This document shows positions 25,401 to 35,200 of a stretch of DNA of 35,750 bases, one piece after another. Origin of the DNA: a virus (Duplodnaviria > Heunggongvirae > Uroviricota > Caudoviricetes). Position 1 is the first letter of the stretch; each line of letters opens with the position of its first letter. The stretch lies in the IMG/VR virus record IMGVR_UViG_3300044614_000224, positions 78,839 to 114,588 of that record. One strand, 5' to 3'. Position numbers and translations under genes: made by a program. The notes beneath the pieces were generated by a model. It was not told the DNA's origin, did not search any database, and saw nothing but the letters and a program-made list of their open reading frames with translations.

Positions 25401-25859
25401 GGATGTAAGTTTTGGACTAAAGAAGGGTGGCAAGAAGTGATTAACTATCTTGTAAGTCAAGGATACAAAGTGTACAATGTATCTAAGGAAAGAAATCCAT
25501 TTGATAACTGTGTACAGATAGAAGATACATCAATGGATAACACCATCAATGTGATTTGGAACAGTAAGTTCTTTATAGGACTTAGTTCAGGATTAAGCTG
25601 GTTAGCTTGGATGATGGGTAAACAAGTGGTGATGATTTCTAACTTCACCAAAGCAGACCACGAGTTTCAATCCAATTGTATTAGAATTACAGATGAGACT
25701 GTATGCCATGGATGTTGGAACAATAAGAATTTTAAGTTTGATAGAGGAGACTGGAACTGGTGCCCTATCTGGAAGGGTTATGACAAACAGTTTGAATGCC
25801 ATAACACCATCACAGCAGATAAAGTTATAGCTTCCCTTCAGCCTTTAATTGTTCTCTAA
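22473..25859 (+). CDS. Four-domain fusion: SAM methyltransferase + GT-A (GT8-like) + GT4-like GT-B + TibC/AAH-type autotransporter heptosyltransferase
   Basis: VLDVGPGQG and ILGDVLEH (MTase); MYVDSD (GT-A); LFLAPHLSTGGMP, KNQ, ADIFMFNSTWECNPLVLREA (GT4); DSESLGDTIAW, FFIGLSSGLSWLAW and CHGC-x15-C-x11-C (AAH/TibC). Confidence 0.82.
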   Translation: MPNSYTYFKQEVKEWFRDNVPANTKVLDVGPGQGTYGKLLFELGYAIDAVEVWDPYISEYKLWEYYGNVHIADIREFDWSEYEFIILGDVLEHLTAEEGQKLITDIAMARKQYLVAIPYMMEQDGEEYGNTYETHLQADLTKDVMAERYPTLDLLYANDYYGYYVSKKIADKAFVLYATEAYYDIVTACVKSLTTFSQYPVFVYMLNSDKKVPRATTIRWNCDIDPIEYNTKEQFYINRTDDRVYNILIQRPLIVIDCLKYADTVMYVDSDSIATPFVDRVFNYPVSEYPLFTSSIYDQMFLNGKGDLEKPICDLLDIQRGRYIQTGYFLANRDCLPFLQEWASLCTDSRVMSDFKLYAPFHEETLANATLWKNDYNKSLPLIYTNASLDVLENIDKYEFGKEHWEWFKLPDSKHELFFYHGEKRPDVMYKMISRLKGNKRVLFLAPHLSTGGMPAFLLKRIQEIKDHVEIYVVEYQCHSLDFVVQRNAIKEIVGSNFTTLYENKMELFDIIDSWKPDIIHLDEPAERYNREMITKLYDTNRSYKIVETFHDVAFKPEEKIFQSEAYAFCTPYHLNKFTNLQGYRKVIEFPLEDKRPSILGKIEAKNKLGFAPFKTSVVNVGLWTPGKNQAEGIEIAKKYPHMDFYFVGNQAGNFKDYWEPLMEFLPKNVYVLGEKSNVEDYLTAADIFMFNSTWECNPLVLREAISYALPVVARNLPQYEDMFTKYLLPIDSNLDEVCDEYRNGIVHYRIPDVTFKQDYIDFYNHVDPISLQSQDVTITQHYIVNPFLEITGVSDSDFKIEFYDEQDVCHYSSVIKTNQWVKLNRSYYTKWRNKIWQDGNLIHDYTLDYTDKTVFIYFDSESLGDTIAWMPYCLEFKKKHNCHVVVSTYKNFLFEKAYPELEFVAPGTPVNAYGEYIIGWRYNTDQEPELCNTIPLQKAATNILGLEYKEIRPRFAFTPTTIEDRYVTIATNSTTGCKFWTKEGWQEVINYLVSQGYKVYNVSKERNPFDNCVQIEDTSMDNTINVIWNSKFFIGLSSGLSWLAWMMGKQVVMISNFTKADHEFQSNCIRITDETVCHGCWNNKNFKFDRGDWNWCPIWKGYDKQFECHNTITADKVIASLQPLIVL

Positions 25860-26211
25860 TTTGTGTAGCAGATATATCATGTATATCTTGAGGTGGTACA
25901 TGTTCTACAACATCATAACCAATACCTCTACCAATATTAACAGATTCAATATCAGGTATAATCATGAGTCTAACTCTTCCTTCCTCAATGAGATCCATTA
26001 ATTCTTCTGTTAGATTCATCATAACTTGCCATGCAGACCAAGGATTCTTCTCATCAGGAGTAACATCTCTTACACAGAGAAGAACATTCTTACCTTCATT
26101 TAATTTCTGATCAATCAACCATCTGTGACCAGGATGCCATGGTTGCCATCTTCCTATGAACATAGCATAACCACTTCCATTACCATTACCTTTTGCTAGA
26201 ATATTCTGCAT
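25825..26211 (-). CDS. Minimal HxGH nucleotidyltransferase (cytidylyltransferase-like superfamily)
   Basis: FIGRWQPWHPGH and C-terminal DISATQIR. Confidence 0.8.
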   Translation of the reverse strand: MQNILAKGNGNGSGYAMFIGRWQPWHPGHRWLIDQKLNEGKNVLLCVRDVTPDEKNPWSAWQVMMNLTEELMDLIEEGRVRLMIIPDIESVNIGRGIGYDVVEHVPPQDIHDISATQIREQLKAEGKL

Positions 26212-26633
26212 ACATATTTGATTTTATCTACACTGTCTTCAATAGAAGTGTTAGATGTATTAATAATTAAATCTACATCATCTTTCTGTGGTGGTTCAAA
26301 GTCTGCCACTTTAAATTGATCTCTACCTCTATCTTCTTCATATGTGAGATAGATCCATTTAACATCTCTGGTTAGACTGCTTAGGTACTCTCTAGCTTCT
26401 TCATAAGGATACACTAGTGATAACACTATGTTATAGTTTCTTGCTTTATTCAAATAGTAAGCAATGTCACTAGCTCTGTTTAAGTTTTTAATCCTACCTT
26501 CTTTACTGTAGTCTTTGTTCTTAAACATATCTCTTAGTTCATCACCATCTATGTGGTGAAATCCCTCTGCTATAAATTTTTTAGCAAGAGTTGTCTTGCC
26601 TGATGCAGGCTGTCCAAATAATACTATTATCAT
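26196..26633 (-). CDS. cysC: Adenylylsulfate (APS) kinase
   Basis: P-loop GQPASGKTT, IDGDELR, YSKEGRIKNL, VLSLVYPYEEAR, FEPP. Confidence 0.82.
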   Translation of the reverse strand: MIIVLFGQPASGKTTLAKKFIAEGFHHIDGDELRDMFKNKDYSKEGRIKNLNRASDIAYYLNKARNYNIVLSLVYPYEEAREYLSSLTRDVKWIYLTYEEDRGRDQFKVADFEPPQKDDVDLIINTSNTSIEDSVDKIKYVCRIF

Positions 26634-27448
26634 TTTGAATATCTAAATTGTTGAAAGAACCATTGATAGTTGTCCCATATCCAACCTGTAACATCCTTAC
26701 CTAATAAAGCTTTTGCTCTAGAAGGAACAGGTTCTAATCTAGTACGAATAGTGTGGTCACCAAAACTTCCATACACTTCATCATCTTCCTTAGTAACTTG
26801 TTCTATATTATCCCAATCATGTTGGTAATAAGGAATGCCTAGGTATTGATATATTCTTTGCATCTCTGTATCAGGGTAAAGACATAAGTCTTCAAACTTA
26901 ACAAACAATACATGTTTGTCTATTCCTAGTCTGAACATCTCTTGTAATCTTTCTATAGCTAATCCAACAGGTTGACTCTGTGCCCAGATGTCTATACGTT
27001 TAGGAACTGTTGTCCCAGTCATCTGTGCCCAGTTGAGAATAGCATTAGCCTTATCAGGATTCTTTCTGTAGTTGTTCTCCATAGAAGCAAAGACATCACG
27101 TAGGTCTCTCACCATACATATAATCTTTGGCTCTGGGTGAATGAAGTTTAGGAAGTCATAATGGATTCCCCATCCTCTAGATTTGTCTACAACATATTTC
27201 TTATCTGTAATAGCATTGTAATAAGCAATCATTCCTTCTTTGCAGAATGCTTGGAATGCAGCTTTCATCACTTGTGGATCTTGAGCTTGGAACTCAGGGC
27301 TGTCTGTATAGTTTCCTCTAGCAGCAAACACCAATTCAAGCACACCACTAGTTGGTGTAGCATAGATGTCTGGGTTTTGTGCTAATATGTTTTGTAACAA
27401 TGTTGAACCTGCTCTTGGTAAAGAGCTTTGATAGAATATATTCTCCAT
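26630..27448 (-). CDS. PAPS-dependent sulfotransferase
   Basis: 5'-PSB motif SLPRAGSTLL, DKSR, 3'-PB motif MVRDLRDVFAS, VKFEDL..P..EMQRIYQYLG. Confidence 0.88.
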   Translation of the reverse strand: MENIFYQSSLPRAGSTLLQNILAQNPDIYATPTSGVLELVFAARGNYTDSPEFQAQDPQVMKAAFQAFCKEGMIAYYNAITDKKYVVDKSRGWGIHYDFLNFIHPEPKIICMVRDLRDVFASMENNYRKNPDKANAILNWAQMTGTTVPKRIDIWAQSQPVGLAIERLQEMFRLGIDKHVLFVKFEDLCLYPDTEMQRIYQYLGIPYYQHDWDNIEQVTKEDDEVYGSFGDHTIRTRLEPVPSRAKALLGKDVTGWIWDNYQWFFQQFRYSK

Positions 27449-27449
27449 A

Positions 27450-28325
27450 TTAAGATTTTAAAGATGCTATGATTTGATCTACATTAAATATTTCTTTCTC
27501 ATTGTTATATGGAAACTCTAATAGGTTCCCTGATATATCAAACTTCTGCAAGTATGCGTTGCGTAACTCAGGCTTCTTAGTGAATGGATTACATACAATG
27601 TTATCATGTACATCATATCCAAACACCTCAGGCTTATTACACACCCATAGCACTGTAGAAGGTTTATTCATAGCAGCAGCTGCATGATGACCAAAGCTAT
27701 CCATTAACAATCTCTTACTACTAAGTTCTATAAGAACAGCAAGTGCTCTGAAGTTATCTGTAACAGGAGTGGTGAAGTCATAACCAATCTGATCTTCTCT
27801 TCTTATGTGTACAATGTTATAATCATTCTTAAATTCATGTATAACATTCTCCACTACATAACTAGGAATGTCTCTAGCCCATGAGTATTTCAACTCTTGT
27901 CCTGGAGCACCACCATTTGTTTGTAATAATAAAATAGGTCTGTCAGACGTAAACTTCTGACCAAAGAACTTACGTTCTCTATCTGTAAGATAGAGCTTAG
28001 GAGTAACATCTTCAGGTGTAGGAACACCAAACATTCTTGTCCATGTATGGCTTAAATGTTCATTCTGCATAAGATGTTCTGTCTGTACATATGGATCATG
28101 TGCAAACACCTTAAACTCTTTACCCTCTATAAAATCTTCATAGAAGTATTGTGTCATACCAAAAGAAAATGAGCGATACACAAAGGGGTTGTTTATAAAC
28201 ACCTCTGGGTAACCGCTCATTACAATTAATTGACTATCAGGATATTGTTTGTGAATTGCTTCACAAACAGATGTAGCAAGTATACACTTACCTATACCAC
28301 CATTGATTTGGAAAATGATATTCAT
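27450..28325 (-). CDS. GT9-like (GT-B) glycosyltransferase
   Basis: NGGIGKCILAT...IHKQYPDSQLIV, EVFINNP, LLMDSFGHHAAAAMNKPSTVLW. Confidence 0.7.
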   Translation of the reverse strand: MNIIFQINGGIGKCILATSVCEAIHKQYPDSQLIVMSGYPEVFINNPFVYRSFSFGMTQYFYEDFIEGKEFKVFAHDPYVQTEHLMQNEHLSHTWTRMFGVPTPEDVTPKLYLTDRERKFFGQKFTSDRPILLLQTNGGAPGQELKYSWARDIPSYVVENVIHEFKNDYNIVHIRREDQIGYDFTTPVTDNFRALAVLIELSSKRLLMDSFGHHAAAAMNKPSTVLWVCNKPEVFGYDVHDNIVCNPFTKKPELRNAYLQKFDISGNLLEFPYNNEKEIFNVDQIIASLKS

Positions 28326-28341
28326 AATTTAGCTTTACAAG

Positions 28342-28373
28342 CAAAGGTATACATTGCTTATAATAAAACCAAA
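28342..28373 (-). promoter_or_regulatory. Bacteroidota sigma-A-type promoter heading the GT9-sulfotransferase-cysC-HxGH operon
   Basis: TTTG-N20-TACCTTTG, 16 nt before the ATG at 28325. Confidence 0.8.
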
Positions 28374-28383
28374 TTATTTAACA

Positions 28384-28731
28384 TTATTCTTCAACAGCTG
28401 TAGTAGTAGTTGTGGTGGTTGTAGGACCAGCCAAAACAGCCTCAGCAAGATCTACAAAAGCTGTAGTATCTAAGTCTGCATACTGCACTCTGAAACTTTG
28501 TGCACCTTGTTGACTTGGTAGCCAATCAGAGAAAAGATCATAGAATGTGTTGATAGCATGGTACTCTTTAGGACCAGTGTAACCTTCTGGTTTGTTTGCC
28601 CATACATCATCTACGCAAGCGTCTACTAGAGCTTGGAAGTCAGAAACATTTGCCTGTACGTTTTGAGTATCAGTGATTACTTGCACTGTACCAAAGCCAA
28701 AGATGTGAAGTGTGTTAAATGGATTTGCCAT
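28384..28731 (-). CDS. Hypothetical protein with a C-terminal poly-Thr tract
   Basis: Ends GPTTTTTTTAVEE; A-rich start context. Confidence 0.7.
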   Translation of the reverse strand: MANPFNTLHIFGFGTVQVITDTQNVQANVSDFQALVDACVDDVWANKPEGYTGPKEYHAINTFYDLFSDWLPSQQGAQSFRVQYADLDTTAFVDLAEAVLAGPTTTTTTTTAVEE

Positions 28732-28777
28732 TGTTTATTGTTTTTTATTTTTGTAAAATTAATATTTTTATTGAAAT

Positions 28778-29260
28778 TTAACAAGGGAATATGCTAATAA
28801 TATTACCACTGTTGTCCACTTGATAACTATCAGACCCTGGTCCCTGAGAATACCATAAGTTTCCACCTGCTACAGGAGTTGTTCCACAACCACCTAATAC
28901 ATAAAGTACAGTAGGGAATAGAGCATTGTCTGTATCAAATAACGTTAAAGTATTAAAGTGGTCACATGGGTTTATATTTGCAGGATATAAGAAAATTTGC
29001 TGACAAGCTACTGTTGTTGTAGTGGTAGTTGTTGTTGGTGGGGGTTGTAGATTTGATTTTACCACCAATTGATTTGAAGCTTTTGATGCATAAGGACCAT
29101 AAGCTGTATCAATATATACATAATAATCAGCATCAGCTTTTGTAATCTGCTCTGTGCTTGCAGGTATGCTATTTTTTAATGCAAACACTCCTGTGGTTAC
29201 AGCATCCTGTAGGTTGTTAAAAGATATACATTGATTACTTGCTATACCTGCCCAACTCAT
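28778..29260 (-). CDS. Putative tail-associated protein with an internal Pro/Thr linker
   Basis: ATGA overlap with the fibre gene; PPPTTTTTTTT separates two small domains. Confidence 0.6.
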   Translation of the reverse strand: MSWAGIASNQCISFNNLQDAVTTGVFALKNSIPASTEQITKADADYYVYIDTAYGPYASKASNQLVVKSNLQPPPTTTTTTTTVACQQIFLYPANINPCDHFNTLTLFDTDNALFPTVLYVLGGCGTTPVAGGNLWYSQGPGSDSYQVDNSGNIISIFPC

Positions 29261-32200
29261 GATTCATATTTTTTAATTATGGCTTCTAATTTAGCTATCC
29301 TTTCTTCCAGTTTAGCTAATTTATAAGTGTTTACTTGGTTGTAATCTACTTGCTTATATCCTTCTATGTTATTGTGTACAGCGTTTGGAAGTATCTTTTC
29401 TACATCTTGAGCTATGTAACCATAACAAGATTTGTTTTCTTTATCTGATTTCCAACTGAAGTTAGCGAAGTTAATTCCATCATAAGCACTAAATGTATTG
29501 TGTACATTTTTAAGTCTGCAATCTGATGTTTCAAAGAAAGCTGTAGCAAACATACAAGATATAGCACAGAAGTTATTCCAATAGAATGTACTATTAGCAC
29601 TTCCTGTATAACAAACCCCACCACCACCTGAATATGCACCTGATACTGTAACATTTTTACCACCTAAAAGTGAAGAGTAGATTCCTGATGATGTGTTGTT
29701 ATTACCTCCTCCTACAAAAGAATGACATCCTGATGATGTATTAGAAAGACCACCACTTACAGTAGAGTAAAAATTTGATGCTATATTTCCACTACCTCCT
29801 CCAACAATAGAACAAGCTCCTGAAGCAGTGTTAGAAATACCACCTGCAACAACTGAATTTTGACCTGATGCAGTACCATATCTTCCACTAAATGTTCCTG
29901 ACCTAACTCCTGAAGCCACATTTTGTAATCCTCCTCCTACTACTGCATCATCCTGACCTGCACCATTGAGTCTACCCCCTCCTATAAATGAAAATGCTCC
30001 TGTTGCAACATGAGTCTCTCCACCTCCAATTGTAGATGATTGACCTGAAGCAGTGTTTACTATACCACCTGCAATAGTAGCCCAAGCTCCTGAAACAACG
30101 TTACCTTGACCACCTCCAATAGTTCCTCTACAACCTGCACTAATTTTATTTTGATAACCACCTGAGATTGTAGATGCATAGACACCACAAATACAGTTAT
30201 TATATCCTGCACCAATGAATGAATAATATCCTGAAACTGTATTACCATTTCCTCCAACCACTGCTGCTTTATATGGACCTGTTGCTATATTGTTATAACC
30301 TCCAACAACAACAGAACCTAGAGTAAGAGCAGAATTACCACATCCTCCACCTACAAAACCAAAAACATTAGTCGCACTATTACCTAGACCACCACCAACA
30401 AAACTACAAGCACCTGAAGCTGTATTCGTAGCACCACCTACAACAGTAGAAGCTACTCCTGTTGCATTATTTCCACTACCTCCTCCAACAACAGAACAAG
30501 CTCCCAATGCTCTTGCTGAAATACCACCTGATGCTGTTGCATAATCTGCACAAGCATAGACTTCTCTACCACCTGCTGCTATTGAAGCATATCCCACTGC
30601 TCTATTTCCACAACCACCTGCAATTGTAGAATGAGAACCTGAAGCAACGTTACTGCCTGCTCCTGCTCCTCCACCACCACCTATAAAACTACAAGCTCCT
30701 GAGGCAGTATTTAATTGACCACCACCTACAATAGCATGACCTCCTGAAGCTGTGTTAGTTTGACCACCTAAAACACTACTTACAATTCCTGAAGCTGTAT
30801 TATCATATCCGCCACTAATAGTAGAATAGTTACTATTTGCAGCGTTTGAATATCCCCCACTTACAGAGGATTGAAGTCCTAAAGCACGATTGTTAGAACC
30901 TGCTCCTATGAAAGCATAATTTCCTGAAGAAATATTAGTAATTCCTCCTACAATAGCTGAAATATAGCCTGAAGCTGTGTTAGAAGCACCGCCTGACACA
31001 GTAGAACAACCTCCTGAAGCTGTGTTAGCTCTACCCCCAACAACTGTTGACATAGCCCCTGATGCAACATTAAACCATCCACCACCTATAGTTGCTACAT
31101 ATCCTGAAGCTGTATTACCATATCCTCCTAATATAGAACTATAAAAGTTTGTTGAAGCAACGTTTTCTCTACCTCCTGCTACAGTTGAAAAACAAGAAGT
31201 AGCTTGGTTAGAACCTCCTCCTCCTATTGTTGAAGTATGTCCTGAAGCTATATTACCCCTTCCACCTCCAATTGTTGATTGTGCTTCTGTAGCCCTATTC
31301 TGAAATCCTCCTCCTATAAAAGAGTATTGACCTGCGTTACATACCGCAGGAGGAGATGTAAAATATCCAAATGCAGGATTGAATGTACCTCCTGTTGTAT
31401 TACCTCCAACACCACCTGCAATGGTAGCACCTGTTACACAACATTGAGCAACTGAACTACAAATATAGTTATATGAACCGCCACCAACTGTTGATACAAG
31501 ACCACCTGCTCTCCCACAATAACCTCCACTAACTGTACTTGCATAAGCAAGTGCTTGGTTTCTCCAACCTGCACCAATAAATGCGTATGAATTTGATGTT
31601 GTATTATTGTAACCGCCTCCAATAACTGACCAATTACCTGATGCTGTATGGGTATCTCCTCCACCTATAAAAGAACAGTTTCCTGAGGCTGTATTGCTAA
31701 TACCACCCCCAATATATGAACGTACACCTGAAGCAGTACTACCCCAAGACCATCCAACACCTGAAGCATAACCTGATGCTGTAGAAGAATATCCTTGTGC
31801 ACTTGAATTATATCCACAAGCTAAATTAAATGCTCCCCCAAAACTAGCTGTATATGTTGTTATTGCTCTATTACAATAGCCACCTGATATAACAGAAGAT
31901 GAACCTGAAGCAGTATTTGTAAAACCTCCACCTATTGTAGAACAAGCTCCTGAAGCTGTGTTTATAAATCCACCTGAAACTGTAGAAGAATCGCCTGATG
32001 ATACGTTTGCATATCCTCCTGATATTGTTGCAAAAGTTGCACAAGCTCTGTTGTTTCTACCACCTCCTACTGTAGAGTTAGTAGAATTAGCTACGTTTAC
32101 GCATCCTCCACCAATAAAAGAAAATGCTCCTGAAGCTGTGTTACTTTGACCACCGCCAACTGTTGAAACACCACCTGACGCAATGTTTGATGCACCACCT

Positions 32201-35200
32201 GAAATTATTGATTCAGTTCCTGAAGCTGTATTAAAACTACCACTCAAAGAACCTGCATAGTTTCCTGATGCATTGTTTGCAAAACCTGCTGCTACAGAAG
32301 TATAACCACTTGCTATTGAACCACAACCTCCTGCAACAGTTGCATAACATCCACTTGCAAAGTTAATTCTGCCACCTGACACAACTGCCATATACCCTGT
32401 AGTACAGTTGTCATATCCACCACCAATTGTTGAATATTGATTTACTGCATTATTATATAATCCTCCTGATACAGTAGAACCATAATTTTCTACAGTATTA
32501 TAATATCCACCACTTAATGTACCATACTCAGCAGCCACAAATATATTATTACATTTACCGCCACCTAAAAAAGAATGACCACTTGCTACTACGTTGATTT
32601 GACCCCCTCCAATAATACTACAACTACCTGAAACTGAATTAGACTGCCCACCACCTATTGTAGTTGCACAAGCCAAAGCACAGTTTAAATATCCTCCACC
32701 TACAGTTGCATGAGTTGCTGTTGCTGTATTACTTCTTCCACCTGAAACAGTAGACCTATATGCTGAAGCTGTATTTGCAAGTCCACCTCCCACTGTTGCA
32801 TCATCTGAAGTGGCACTATTTTGTCTACCACCACCAACAGTTGTTGTAAATCCTGTAGCTGCATTTGAAAGACCTCCTGATACAACTGTATAGTTATTAG
32901 ATGCTGTATTGCTTTGACCGCCTGAAATAGTGGCTGCATATCCTGATGCTGTATTTGATACACCACCACCCACAGTACTTCTTGTATTGGTCGCACAGTT
33001 AGACCAACCTCCTGATACAGTTGCTATTGTTCCTGAAGAAATATTCAAGCAACCACCTCCTACAGTAGAAGCAAAACCTGTTGCTCTGTTTTGAAATCCC
33101 CCTCCTATAAATGATAAACGTCCTGCTGCATAAAATGCAGTTGGAGGATTATTAAATCTACAACCATTCCAAGTACCACCTGATGTATTGTTTCCAACTC
33201 CACCTGCTATTGTTGCACCTGCTGAACAGATGTCTGCTGTTGCATTACATATAAAGTTGCAAAGACCACCACCAATAGTAGCGTTAGTATTTATTACACA
33301 GTTTTTATAACCTCCTGATACTGTTGAACCATAAGCTGAAGAAGTGTTTGATGAACCTCCACCTACTAAAGCATATCTTCCTGATGCTGTGTTATAACTA
33401 CCACCACCAACTGTTGAATATAGTCCTGAAGATGTATTCAGAAGCCCTCCTACTACAATTGACCTATTATTATTAGCAGTATTACAATTACCACCTCCAA
33501 TAAATGACCAAGCTCCTGAAGCTACGTTTTGTTGACCGCCACCTATTGTTGAACAATTGGCTGATGCAACATTTGATATACCTGCCCCAACAAAAGCCCT
33601 TTCTCCACATGCCCTGTTAGAATTTCCACCAACTATTGCTGATTCTAACGCAGATGCAACATTACCATATCCACTACTTACTGTAGTTCTTGTATTACAA
33701 GCAACATTACCAGCACCACCACCTACAAAAGATCCTGAACCTGAAGCTGTGTTAGATGCTCCTGCAACAACTGCTGCATAACCACCACTTGCTGTGTTAT
33801 TATTTCCTCCTCCTACAAATGAGCCATATCCACTTGCTGTTGCTGCTCTACCACCTGCTACTGAACAAGCACCTGATGCTGTGTTTGATAAACCTCCAAC
33901 AACTGTTGACTGACCACCTGAAGCAGTATTAGCTTGTCCACCTGCTACAGTTGCTCTTGTATTGTTTGCTGTATTACCATTACCACCACCTACTGTTGAT
34001 TGAAGTCCTGATGCTGTATTATTTCTACCTCCACCTACAACTGTTGAATCACAAGAAGAAATATTAAAATAGCCACCTCCTATAAATGATAAATATGCTG
34101 ATGCTGTATTATCATAACCACCGCTAATTGTTGAATAATTACCACTAGCTAAATTGCTACAACCCCCTCCTATTGTAGAACAACCTCCTGAAGCTGTGTT
34201 AGATACACCTCCTCCTACAAAAGAACGACCACCTGATGCAGTATTACTTTGTCCACCTGCTACTGTAGAATTAGTAGCACTTGAAACGTTATATGAACCG
34301 CTTACTGTTGAAGCACCACCTGACGCTGTATTATTTCTACCACCGCCAACAAAGTTGAAATTGCTTGTACTTAAATTAGCATAACCACCTGTTATATTAG
34401 CATAATATCCATTACTTATTGTGTTGCTTTGACCACCGCCAATAGTGCTTATAAGACCATTTGAGCAAATTAAGTTTCCTGAACCACCTGCTATTGTATT
34501 AAATATTGCTAAAGCTCTATTGTTTTCACCACCTCCCACTGTAGAACAGTTTCCTGATGCAGTATTAGTTAAGCCACCACTTACAGTTGCTCTTGCTCCT
34601 GAAGCAGTGTTTTGTTGACCACCACCAACTGTTGACATATAGCCACTAGCTGTATGTAAATAACCACCACTCACTGTAGAGCAGTTACCAGATGCTGTGT
34701 TGCACCTACCTCCTCCTATTGTAGATGAATATCCTGATGCTGTATTTATATTACCACCTGATGCGGTTGCAAAAGGCTTAGATGCTGCATTAGAACCACC
34801 ACCACCTATAAAAGTATAACATCCTGAAGCATTATTTCCACCACCACCACCTACAATTGCACCTTCTCCTGTAGCTCTACTATTATTACCACCTAATACA
34901 CTTGCGTAGATAACTGTAGCACAGTTAAGTCTACCACCTGCCACTGTTGAGTTTTGTGCGATAGCACAGTTTAGATACCCTCCACTTACTGTACTTGTTA
35001 TACCTGTTGCCCTATTGCTTACACCTCCTCCAACAGAAGAATAAGTGCTACTTGAAGTATTACCTTGACCACCAGCTACTACAGAAGCATACCCTGACGC
35101 TGTATTTGTTCTACCGCCTCCTATTGTACTCCATAGTCCTGATCCTGCATTCCCTTGTCCTCCACCTACAAAAGAACAAGCACCTGATGCTATGTTTGAT

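Noticed and set aside
3146-34944. Track start positions 60, 3146, 22006, 22440 and 34944
   Set aside because: 60 and 34944 are internal GTGs of frames open to the window edge; 3146 adds a long overlap with recA; 22006 and 22440 are TTGs inside promoter -7 boxes.
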